A stretch of DNA of 24,529 nt, from IMG/VR virus record IMGVR_UViG_3300005512_000317, positions 1-24,529 of that record, one strand, 5' to 3'. Positions 7,276-15,558 of this stretch are shown piece after piece. A program made the position numbers and the translations under genes. The stretch comes from a virus. Taxonomy: Duplodnaviria > Caudoviricetes. The notes under the pieces are model-generated. The model was not told where the DNA came from. It did not search any database and saw only the letters and a program-made list of their open reading frames with translations. Position 1 is the stretch's first letter; every line of letters starts with the position of its first letter.

Positions 7276-8247
7276 ATGCCTTCATTGCAACCTAGCGCGT
7301 CTGATGTCCATGTCGACGCGATCATGACCAACCACTCGGTCGCCTACATCCAACAGGCAGCCGATTTTGTTGCCGCTCAGTTTGCTCCCCGCGTTGCGGT
7401 GCAGAAACAAAGCGACAAGTATTACGTCTTCACCAAAGGCGATTGGTTCCGTGACGAGGCGCAACAGCGCGCCGGTTCCTCGGAGTCCGTTGGCGCAGGT
7501 TACAGCCTGTCCACCGACAGCTACTTCTCCGAGCAGTTCTCCATCCACAAAGACGTTTCTCGGGACGTCAAAGCGAACACCGACAATCCATTGGATTGGC
7601 GTCGCAACGCGACCCAGCTCGTCACCCAACGATTGCTGCTCCGTCGCGAAGTGGAGTTCGCCTCCAAAGCGTTCGCGGCCAACTGGGGGACGAACCTGGT
7701 CGGCGGAACCAACTTCACGCAGTGGGACGACTACAGCAACAGCGACCCCATCGACAACATCGAGGACGGCGTGTCCTCCGTGCTGAAAAATACGGGACTG
7801 AAGCCCAATACCTTGCTTCTCGGATATGAGGCATGGAAGGCGTTGAAGCATCACCCCGACATCGTGGACCGCTACAAATACAGCAGCGCCGAGTCGATCA
7901 GCGTCGACATGGTTGCCCGCTTGCTGGAGCTGGATCGCATCATCGTGGCCAAGGCCGTGAAAAACACCGGTCTCGAAGGCGCAAGCAACAGCTTCGACTT
8001 CGTCTCCGGCAAGAACGCGCTTCTCGCGCACGTCGCAGCCGCTCCCGGCGTCGAGGTGCCGACCGCGATGTACATGTTCTCTTGGACCGAACTCTTCGCA
8101 GGTGCAGGCGTGCAGAGCGACATGGTCATCTCGTCCATCGAGTTGCCAGAGCGCAACGGCACGACCCGGATCGAGGGCGATATGTGTTTCGACTTCAAGA
8201 TCGTGGGAAGCGACCTCGGTTACTTCTTCGGCTCTTGCGTGGCATGA
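7276..8247 (+). CDS. Major capsid protein (HK97 fold, lambda gpE-like family)
   Basis: 323 aa; DVHVDAIMTNHSVAY, KQSDKYYVF, KPNTLLLG...LKHHPDI motifs; strong RBS AGAAAGGA. Confidence 0.92.
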   Translation: MPSLQPSASDVHVDAIMTNHSVAYIQQAADFVAAQFAPRVAVQKQSDKYYVFTKGDWFRDEAQQRAGSSESVGAGYSLSTDSYFSEQFSIHKDVSRDVKANTDNPLDWRRNATQLVTQRLLLRREVEFASKAFAANWGTNLVGGTNFTQWDDYSNSDPIDNIEDGVSSVLKNTGLKPNTLLLGYEAWKALKHHPDIVDRYKYSSAESISVDMVARLLELDRIIVAKAVKNTGLEGASNSFDFVSGKNALLAHVAAAPGVEVPTAMYMFSWTELFAGAGVQSDMVISSIELPERNGTTRIEGDMCFDFKIVGSDLGYFFGSCVA

Positions 8248-8450
8248 TGCGCGTTGAAGTTCTGAAGTCTTTCAGAGCTGGCGAAACCCTACTCGTTCGC
8301 GGTGACGTCGTCGCCGCGGACGATTGGGGGAATCTTCCGCGACTTCTTTCCGCTCGATACGTGCGGGAAGCGGAAGCGGAAGAAATCGTCGAGAAATCAA
8401 AACCTCGTCGCCGACGGCGAACAAAAAAACAGGATTCAGACAATGGCTAA
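8244..8450 (+). CDS. Small hypothetical protein with basic C-terminus (68 aa)
   Basis: 3' part of track ORF 7833..8450; ATGATG overlaps the capsid stop and the ORF fills the gap to the next gene; small genes are common at this position. Confidence 0.7.
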   Translation: MMRVEVLKSFRAGETLLVRGDVVAADDWGNLPRLLSARYVREAEAEEIVEKSKPRRRRRTKKQDSDNG

Positions 8451-8871
8451 TCGTTTGACGCGGGGCGAGGCGCTTCTCGGCAACCTCACCCTAGGCTCAG
8501 TGCAACTTGACAAGGCGCCATTCAAGGCGTCTATGACGGTCGGTGCGGAAGCAGGGAACGCAATCATCGTTTCGATTCAGTTACAAGACATGAACGCTAA
8601 CGACCTCGCAAACCGTGGTTCGGTCCTCGCGTACTTGTCCGACGACGCGAACGGGGATTCGGTCGCGGCTACGGCTCCCGATGGCGGCGTCGCTATCGGG
8701 ACGGATGGCCTTGCGATTCCCTTGGTCGCCGGAAAGTGTTTTCTTCTGACCTCGGAATCCGATGGAGACATCGACCTCGAGTTGACGGAGAGCGGCGCGG
8801 ATACTTGGTATCTCGTTTTGGTTCTGCCCCACGGGGAACTCGCGGTGTCCGACGCGATCACCTTTGCTTAA
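8443..8871 (+). CDS. Probable virion structural protein (beta-rich)
   Basis: ATG 8443 after AGGA; Gly/Asp/Thr-rich beta-strand pattern; between capsid and adaptor genes. Confidence 0.7.
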   Translation: MANRLTRGEALLGNLTLGSVQLDKAPFKASMTVGAEAGNAIIVSIQLQDMNANDLANRGSVLAYLSDDANGDSVAATAPDGGVAIGTDGLAIPLVAGKCFLLTSESDGDIDLELTESGADTWYLVLVLPHGELAVSDAITFA

Positions 8872-8883
8872 TAGGGGAAGACG

Positions 8884-9336
8884 ATGACTTGGTCCTTTGA
8901 CGATTCGGCGCTCGCGTCCTCGAAGAAGGACCAAGTTCGTCTCATGATTGGCGACACCGACACGACCGATCAACTGGTCTCGAACGAGGCGATAGTTTTC
9001 TATCTCTCGGAGCGCGGCGACAGTGTGAGCCTCGCCGCAGCCGATTGTTGCGACATCATCGCGGCGAAGTTCTCGCGCGAGGTCGACACAAAGAACGGCG
9101 CGCTTTCGGTTTCCGCTTCGCAGCGCGCGGCGGCGTACCGAAAACTCGGCGAAGACTTGCGCGCGCAGGGCGCGGAGTTGTGCGAGGTGTTCTTTGGCGG
9201 TCAATCAATCGACGGCAAGATTGACCTCGAGACCGACACCGACGCGATTCAGCCTCGCTTCGCTCGCGGCATTAACGACGTTATGCCAGAGGTTGATTAT
9301 CTCTACCCTCGACGCTGGAATCGAACGGACGCTTAA
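8884..9336 (+). CDS. Head-tail adaptor/connector protein
   Basis: MTWS...DQVRLMIGDTD...DQLVSNEAI N-terminus typical of adaptors; position. Confidence 0.78.
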   Translation: MTWSFDDSALASSKKDQVRLMIGDTDTTDQLVSNEAIVFYLSERGDSVSLAAADCCDIIAAKFSREVDTKNGALSVSASQRAAAYRKLGEDLRAQGAELCEVFFGGQSIDGKIDLETDTDAIQPRFARGINDVMPEVDYLYPRRWNRTDA

Positions 9337-9338
9337 CG

Positions 9339-9665
9339 ATGGACGCGCAACTGAAAAAACAACTTGCGCAGACCATCTACATCGCGTCGCCCGCGTCGGT
9401 CGATGCGTTCGGCCAGATCACATACGATCCCCCGGTCGCAATCGCCGCGCGGGTGGAGAACGATTCAAGCGTAAAGGATGACGCCGACGGCGAAGAGAAG
9501 GCATCGAATATGCTGATCATCACCGAGGTGGCGATCACCATCATGGATCGGGTTTGGCTCCCGGGCGTTGACGAAACCGACGCAACCCTCGCCCGTCGTC
9601 CGCTTTCTGTTCTCGCGTTACCCGACGAGAAGGGCGCGATCGACCATTACGAGACGCGCCTATGA
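9339..9665 (+). CDS. Head closure / head-tail joining protein
   Basis: 108 aa, DAFGQ..Y, ARVE, DRVWLPG beta-barrel pattern; position after adaptor. Confidence 0.72.
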   Translation: MDAQLKKQLAQTIYIASPASVDAFGQITYDPPVAIAARVENDSSVKDDADGEEKASNMLIITEVAITIMDRVWLPGVDETDATLARRPLSVLALPDEKGAIDHYETRL

Positions 9666-10138
9666 AAGAGATGAACGCGGCGCAACTACAAGCAGAACTC
9701 GCGAAGCGTCTCAATGCGGCGGTGCACGCAGCGGAGACGGCGCTATACCAGGGCGCTTCGATCATCATGACCGAGGCGAAGAAGCGCGCGCCGCTCGATG
9801 TCGGCACCCTTCAGAACTCAGGATATGTCACCCTTCCCCGTCGAGACGGGAACGACGTCTTCGTCGAGGCAGGGTTCGGCGGCGCGGCGAAAGCCTACGC
9901 GGTTCGGCAGCACGAAGAGGCGAGCTACAACCACGAGGTCGGCGAGGCGAAATATTTGCAGAACGCAATCGACGCCAAAGAGAACGAGGTGCGCGCCCGG
10001 GTGCGACGACTCGCAGACAGGGCGCTCGAAAGTGGAAGGGCGCCGAGACGTGGTTACTCTCCGCACGAAAAAGAACCGAGCGAGGAAGTCATGCAGGGCG
10101 AATCAAGACACCGAAGAAAGCGAGGCGGTGACTCATGA
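9662..10138 (+). CDS. HK97 gp10-like neck/tail completion protein
   Basis: EAKKRAPLDVGTLQNS, YAVRQHE, GEAKYLQNA motifs; ATGA overlap. Confidence 0.85.
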   Translation: MKEMNAAQLQAELAKRLNAAVHAAETALYQGASIIMTEAKKRAPLDVGTLQNSGYVTLPRRDGNDVFVEAGFGGAAKAYAVRQHEEASYNHEVGEAKYLQNAIDAKENEVRARVRRLADRALESGRAPRRGYSPHEKEPSEEVMQGESRHRRKRGGDS

Positions 10139-10539
10139 GCGAACCCGATGTCGCAATCGCGGCAACGATTGACGCTGTCGCAACGTCTCCGCTTTCCGCG
10201 TACACCCTCGGGGCGAACTTGTTCCAGGGCCCGATGCGCGCGGTCTCTAGTGTGATTCCGCATCGCGCAATCTTCGTTTTGACGGTGGGGGGGCCGTCAC
10301 CTTTCGACAAGTTCTCGGGAACGCCCATTCAGCGGCACAACGTCCAGGTTATGCTACGCGGCAACGTGGACGCTTTCAGCGCCGCACAAGCGGACGCGAA
10401 GGCATGTCGAGACGCTTTGCACCTTGCAACCGTCGCCGGTTATATGAGATGCGCCGCGATCCAGCCCGCCTATCTTGGCCTGGACGATAACGAACATCCG
10501 CTTTTCTCTCTCAATCTCACGCTATGGCGTGAGGCATGA
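10135..10539 (+). CDS. Tail terminator-like protein
   Basis: NLFQGPM, VQVMLRG, YLGLDDNEHPLFSLN; sits just before the tail tube genes. Confidence 0.75.
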   Translation: MSEPDVAIAATIDAVATSPLSAYTLGANLFQGPMRAVSSVIPHRAIFVLTVGGPSPFDKFSGTPIQRHNVQVMLRGNVDAFSAAQADAKACRDALHLATVAGYMRCAAIQPAYLGLDDNEHPLFSLNLTLWREA

Positions 10540-10574
10540 CACCCTTTGCCGACGCTCGCCCGCGTCGGTAAACT
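10537..10574 (+). promoter_or_regulatory. Candidate internal promoter and/or hairpin upstream of tail tube genes
   Basis: TGACACCCTTTGCC (identical at 18585-18598); TTGCCG, 17 nt, TAAACT; 11-bp dyad 10545-10555 / 10562-10572 with one G.T pair. Confidence 0.65.
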
Positions 10575-10595
10575 CAACCCCGAAGAGGTGAAACT

Positions 10596-11003
10596 ATGGC
10601 ATCGCTCGCAGGCTACAACGTATTGATCAACGTCGGAAACTCATCGAGCCCTTCGACCGAGATCACCGGAATCAACAACGTGTCGATCACCGACAATCGC
10701 ACCATGCTCGACGTGACCTCGTTCGAGGGCAACGCCGGAGCGATGGAGCGTCTCGCCGGTTTGCGCGACGTATCGGTTACGCTTTCGGGTTTCTTCGACA
10801 CCGGAACCGGACAAGCGCTTTTGCAGGACAACCACGGGACCGGGACTCTAACATACGTTAAAGTCGAGTTCGACGGCGCGACTCCTCCCGACCTCGAGGT
10901 TCCATGTTTGATCGAGTCCATCGATTACAGCGCAGCGGTGGATGGGACCGTCGACGTGACCTACAACCTGGTCTCCGCAGGCGCTCCAACTCTGACCAAC
11001 TAA
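10596..11003 (+). CDS. Tail tube protein 1
   Basis: 135 aa; MLDVTSFE...ERLAGLRDVSVTLSGFFD...IESIDYSAAVDG pattern of siphovirus tube proteins; GAGGTG RBS. Confidence 0.82.
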   Translation: MASLAGYNVLINVGNSSSPSTEITGINNVSITDNRTMLDVTSFEGNAGAMERLAGLRDVSVTLSGFFDTGTGQALLQDNHGTGTLTYVKVEFDGATPPDLEVPCLIESIDYSAAVDGTVDVTYNLVSAGAPTLTN

Positions 11004-11016
11004 TCGAGGTGAAATC

Positions 11017-11658
11017 ATGGCTACCGCCGGATACAGCGCAAAGCTATATCGAAGCGGTACGTCAACCTCGATGACAGCCGAAGCGACGACGCTTGTCACC
11101 GGGAAGACGTACCGCATCACGAACGCAGCGAAACGGATTCTTGACCCGACGATCGCCGTCACGGTGGACGATGGCGGGGTTCCGATTGCGGCGATCAACA
11201 TTGCGTCAATCGATTATCTTCACGGGATAATCGTCCTTGATTCGGGCTACACACCATCGGGAGCGATTACGGTCGACGCGAATTATATTCCGCTTTCGCA
11301 GATCGCGGACGTGCGCAGCGCAGACTTCTCGACGTCTCTCGTTATGCTCGACGATACGGTCTATGAGGACACGTCTGTTTCTCGTAAGGCTGGATTGCGC
11401 GACATCTCGGGTTCGTTCCTGGTGTACGACGAAGGATCCACGGCTATCTCTGACCTTATGGCGGACGGTGACATCGTCTATCTGACCTGGATGTTGACGG
11501 GTTCCGCATCGGCAACGCATCTTCGGGCGCGGGTTAGAATCGAGTCGGACGATACTTCGGTTTCGGTGGACGGTTTGGTTGAATCGACGTACTCTTTCGT
11601 CGGCGCGTCAATCAAATCCGTCGAGGGGCGAGACGTGTCATGGTCTCTCGACTACTAG
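11017..11658 (+). CDS. Tail tube protein 2 (paralog with inserted beta domain)
   Basis: Shares AGY, MLD.T..E, AGLRD.S and IES....VDG.V..TY with tube 1; about 80 extra residues near the N-terminus. Confidence 0.75.
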   Translation: MATAGYSAKLYRSGTSTSMTAEATTLVTGKTYRITNAAKRILDPTIAVTVDDGGVPIAAINIASIDYLHGIIVLDSGYTPSGAITVDANYIPLSQIADVRSADFSTSLVMLDDTVYEDTSVSRKAGLRDISGSFLVYDEGSTAISDLMADGDIVYLTWMLTGSASATHLRARVRIESDDTSVSVDGLVESTYSFVGASIKSVEGRDVSWSLDY

Positions 11659-11665
11659 GTGAACC

Positions 11666-12007
11666 ATGGACCGCAACGCATTACGATCTAAACTTCTAAA
11701 ATCTCCGACATACCGAAAGACCGAAGTCGACCTTGACGGGGACAAGGTCTATATTCGGGAGCCAAGCGTCGGAGAGTCTCGCGACCTTGCGCAAAAATGT
11801 AAGCTGAAGGGCGGCGAGATTGACCAACTCGAATATGCATTGCGGGCGGTTCTCGCTTTGACGTGCGACGAAAGCGGCGCGCGTGTCTTCGATGATGCGG
11901 ATTACGATGCGCTTGCGGCGCAACCCGTCGCCGACGGTATCGTTTCCAGGTTGACCGGAGCATTCGCTGAACTCGTCGGTGGTTCGGCCGACTTGGGAAA
12001 GGACTGA
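11666..12007 (+). CDS. Tail assembly chaperone (gpG-like)
   Basis: VYIREPS, CDESGARVFDDAD motifs; between tube and tape measure; ends in a GGGAAAG slippery site. Confidence 0.85.
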   Translation: MDRNALRSKLLKSPTYRKTEVDLDGDKVYIREPSVGESRDLAQKCKLKGGEIDQLEYALRAVLALTCDESGARVFDDADYDALAAQPVADGIVSRLTGAFAELVGGSADLGKD

Positions 12008-12198
12008 AGCGCGATTCCGAGTTGCAGGCGGCGTGCTACGTCGGCGACAACTTGGGCAAATCTCTCGCGGAGGTGTTCGAGATGTCGTCGTCGGAATTGC
12101 ATATCTGGATCGCTTGGTTCCGACTCAAAGCGGAAGAAGAGAAGAAGGCGCACGAGAAAGCGCGCAACAAAGCCCGAAGCGGGCGGGGGAGGCGATAG
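11995..12198 (+). CDS. -1 frameshift extension (gpT-like) giving a G-T fusion 11666..12198
   Basis: G GGA AAG at 11995-12001; the -1 frame reads GLKRDSELQAACYVGDNLGKSLAEVFEMSSSELHIWIAWFRLKAEEEKKAHEKARNKARSGRGRR to TAG 12196-12198, 3 nt before the tape-measure ATG. Confidence 0.88.
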   Translation, partial: GKGLKRDSELQAACYVGDNLGKSLAEVFEMSSSELHIWIAWFRLKAEEEKKAHEKARNKARSGRGRR

Positions 12199-12201
12199 GC
12201 G

Positions 12202-14796
12202 ATGGCGTTGAATCTCGGTCCGTTGAATGTCCTCCTTCGCTTGCAGGGCGCCGACAAATTCAAGCGCGATACTCGACAAGCGACGAGCGGTATTGCAAAA
12301 CTCGGCAAGGCGATCGGCGGACTTGTAGCGATTCAGCAGGTTACGCAACAGTTCGTGCAGGCGACGCAAGTCTTCGCGGAGTTCGAGCGCGGTATGGTCC
12401 GCGTCGGAGCGGTCACGAACTCGCTTGGCACGACGGCGTTCGCAGGATTGACGGAGCGTGCGCAAGACCTCGCCAAAACCACGGAGTTTACCGCTCGGCA
12501 AGTCTCCGACGCGATGGGCTTCATGGGCATGGCGGGCATGAAGACCAACCAAATCTTCGACGCTACGCCCGCCGTCCTACAACTCGCATCCGCCGGGATG
12601 GTCGATGTCGCAAGCGCAGCCGATACCGTCACCAACATCATGGCGGGATACGGTCTCAAAACCGAAGACCTAAACAACGCAAACAATGTTCTCGTCGCGA
12701 CGTTCACGAACTCGAACACATCGCTTCAACAACTCGGGCAGTCGTTCAAATACGTCGGCCCGGTCGCGAAGTCCGCTGGCGTTGAGTTCAAAGAAGCGGC
12801 GGCGGTCATCGGTCTCATGGGTAACGCCGGGATTCAGGCAGACATGGCGGGAACCGCGCTTCGCGGGACCATCATCAAGTTACTGGATCCGACGGCCGAA
12901 GGCGCAAAGATTATGCGCCAGTATGGGATCAACGTCACCGATACCAATGGCAAGTTGAAGCCGATGGTCGAGATATTCAAACAACTCGAACCCATCGCCG
13001 ACGACAGCGCGAAGATGATCGAGTTGTTCGGGCTTCGCGCCGGTCCAGGTATGCAGGCGGCGTTGACGCAGGGGACGACCAAGCTGGAAGAGTTGATCAA
13101 GAAAATCGACAACGCCGGAAACATTGCGGAGCGCATTGCGAAGGCGCAGATGGAAACCCTCGACGGCAAGATTAAGATCATGAAGTCGAACTTCGAGGCG
13201 CTTCAAATCGCGATTGGCGATGCGCTCGGAAGCAAGACAGCAAAACTTGTTGGGTTCCTGGCGAACCGCTTCGATGATTTGGCGTGGAGCATCAAGAAAG
13301 TTTCAAAGGCGCTCGCCGATCCAGTTGCACAAGCGGCGCAAAGCGAAGCGGATATCCGTCGACAACAGAACGCAATGCGACAACGCGAAATTGGTCGCAT
13401 GTTGCAAACCGGATTTTATCGTGCTTCGTATCCGATGGGGCATCCTCTTGCCGGGATGCAGGTCTCGCCGACGATGGCGCAAGCGCAAGGCGCAACCGCG
13501 GGCATGATGGCGGGAACCGAGCCCGGCCGACTTGCGGGCGTGACCGAGTCGCAGCGGGTTACGCTACAGGCGGAACTTAACCGACTTCGCGAGGAAGAGA
13601 AGAAACTAATCGCGTCCGAGATTAAGCTAAGAAAAGAAAAAGAGAAGAAGGACAAAGCAGACGGAGACGACGGAGGAGACAAGAAAAAGCCAAAGATGTT
13701 CGATTTCGATGCGGCGAACGCCGCGTATCGTCGCGAGATTGCGCCAACCGACTTCGACGCAGCGGCGGAAGGGATAACGGCGGCGCTCGCGAAGATCGGA
13801 CATAAACCGGCAATAGCGAAGCGCTTGGGGATGGCGGCGCCGGGCGGTCTCGGCGATGTCATGCAGCCGCTAATTAGGTCGACCGAAGAACTCGCAAGAA
13901 GGCAGGCGGAAGCGGCGGAAGCGGCGGCGGCGGCGTCTCGCAATTTCGATAAAGCGGGCGAAGCGGTAACGAAGATCGGTGGCGCGGTCGTCTCGGGGCG
14001 GGCGGGCGCAACTTTCGGACCCGAGCTTGGGGCGATGGCGGGCGGCGCGATTGCGGGCGCCTTGTCTGGTGGCGCGGCGATGGGACTCGGCAGTGCGATC
14101 GGCGGTATCGTCGGCGGACTTCTCGGTGATGCGCTCGATGAAGTCGTCAAGGCGCTCGGCGTATTGACGCCGATCTTCGATTTGGTCGCCGACGTGCTGA
14201 AGCCTCTTCAACCGGTTCTTGTCGTGATTCGCGAAGTGTTGGCGGCGTTCGGTTCTGTTCTGAAGTCGCTGATCGTTCCGCTTCTACATACATTGGTCGA
14301 CGGATTGCTTCCGCTTGTTTACATCGCATACACATTGGTCAAGGCGTTTGAGCCGTTCCTCGTCGCAATCGCAACCGTCGCAAATCTAATTGTTGGCGCG
14401 CTTCTCAGCCCGATGATTCTTTTCGGGCAGGCGCTCGCGTCGGTGTTTCAACTTCTCGGCGGTATCTTCAGCGTCGGGAAAGAAGCGTTCAACGGGTTCG
14501 CGGATGCGATCAACACGTTCTTTGACAATCTTCAAAACATCGAAGTTCTCGGGCAGAAACCGTTCGCGGGTTTGAGTGTTACGATCCCGAAGATTGAAAC
14601 CGAGTTCATGACGCTTGCAGAAATCACGGCGATGGAAACCGATGCACGTGACGAATCGACGAAGAGCCTTCGCGAGTTCAACGAAGAACTAACCAACGTA
14701 CCGACGGGCATCAAGCGTCTCCGCGCGTTCCAGTTTGGGGCGATGCAGGGAAGCGGAAGGGGAACGCCGTTCGGTCAATCGGCGTTCGGAGTTTAA
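12202..14796 (+). CDS. Tail tape measure protein (TP901-like core)
   Basis: 864 aa; TTEFTA.QV.DAM.FMGMAG, LGQSFKYVGPVA, GIQADMAGTALR; Gly/Ala-rich hydrophobic and amphipathic C-half. Confidence 0.95.
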   Translation: MALNLGPLNVLLRLQGADKFKRDTRQATSGIAKLGKAIGGLVAIQQVTQQFVQATQVFAEFERGMVRVGAVTNSLGTTAFAGLTERAQDLAKTTEFTARQVSDAMGFMGMAGMKTNQIFDATPAVLQLASAGMVDVASAADTVTNIMAGYGLKTEDLNNANNVLVATFTNSNTSLQQLGQSFKYVGPVAKSAGVEFKEAAAVIGLMGNAGIQADMAGTALRGTIIKLLDPTAEGAKIMRQYGINVTDTNGKLKPMVEIFKQLEPIADDSAKMIELFGLRAGPGMQAALTQGTTKLEELIKKIDNAGNIAERIAKAQMETLDGKIKIMKSNFEALQIAIGDALGSKTAKLVGFLANRFDDLAWSIKKVSKALADPVAQAAQSEADIRRQQNAMRQREIGRMLQTGFYRASYPMGHPLAGMQVSPTMAQAQGATAGMMAGTEPGRLAGVTESQRVTLQAELNRLREEEKKLIASEIKLRKEKEKKDKADGDDGGDKKKPKMFDFDAANAAYRREIAPTDFDAAAEGITAALAKIGHKPAIAKRLGMAAPGGLGDVMQPLIRSTEELARRQAEAAEAAAAASRNFDKAGEAVTKIGGAVVSGRAGATFGPELGAMAGGAIAGALSGGAAMGLGSAIGGIVGGLLGDALDEVVKALGVLTPIFDLVADVLKPLQPVLVVIREVLAAFGSVLKSLIVPLLHTLVDGLLPLVYIAYTLVKAFEPFLVAIATVANLIVGALLSPMILFGQALASVFQLLGGIFSVGKEAFNGFADAINTFFDNLQNIEVLGQKPFAGLSVTIPKIETEFMTLAEITAMETDARDESTKSLREFNEELTNVPTGIKRLRAFQFGAMQGSGRGTPFGQSAFGV

Positions 14797-14799
14797 GCG

Positions 14800-15558
14800 A
14801 TGGCATTCTTGACGATCAACGGCTTTGAAGTCTCCATTCTCGACGGAAGCGCCGACGTATCCGAAGAGGAAATCGGATCGTCGTCTCGCGCCTTCTCTGG
14901 TCATCTCCTGCAATCCACCAGGGCGCGAGCGCGGGTGTTCAGCGGGACCACACCCATCCTCGCAGCGTCGGACGCGAAGGCGACAACGGCGCTCCTCAGG
15001 GCCGACGGGCATTATTGGGAGTTCGAGGACCAGTATTCATCGAAGGGGCTCGGCATTGCGTCGGGAACCTACACGATCGCATCGAGCCAAATCACCGTCA
15101 CAAGCGGAAACACGGTTACCTTCGACACAAACATCGGCAGCGCGTGGACCATCATCGCGCACGATAGCGTGAGCGTCGCGACGTTCAGCCTTGATAGCGG
15201 CGGGACGCAATACGAGGGCGGGAGCACCGCGAGCGGGAACGATAACATGTTCGACGTGTCGAGTGGCGACTTGCAACTTTACGGCACAAACCAAGCGGGT
15301 GTTGGGGCGTCGATGTCGTGGGATTGGGTTGTGATTCTGCCGTTCGTGTCGACGGTCGCAATGCACGAAACTTTCACAAATGGAAACGACTTTTCGGAAA
15401 CCCCGGCGTTGACGGTTTCGGGAAACGCGCTCAAATCCGAAAGCGTTACGATGCGCTTGCGACACGGTTCGCTTTCTGACGAATTGATTCAGTTTATGAG
15501 CGGCGGAAGCATAACGACCGGGTTCCAAATCGCCTTCACGCTCGAAGAGGTTCTCTAG
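14800..15558 (+). CDS. Distal tail (Dit-like) protein
   Basis: First gene after tape measure; IGSSSRAFSG N-terminal motif, Ser/Thr-rich beta middle, FTLEEV C-terminus. Confidence 0.65.
   Translation: MAFLTINGFEVSILDGSADVSEEEIGSSSRAFSGHLLQSTRARARVFSGTTPILAASDAKATTALLRADGHYWEFEDQYSSKGLGIASGTYTIASSQITVTSGNTVTFDTNIGSAWTIIAHDSVSVATFSLDSGGTQYEGGSTASGNDNMFDVSSGDLQLYGTNQAGVGASMSWDWVVILPFVSTVAMHETFTNGNDFSETPALTVSGNALKSESVTMRLRHGSLSDELIQFMSGGSITTGFQIAFTLEEVL

Noticed and set aside
13905-13935. GCG-rich run as a functional repeat
   Set aside because: It simply encodes AEAAEAAAAA in the tape measure protein.
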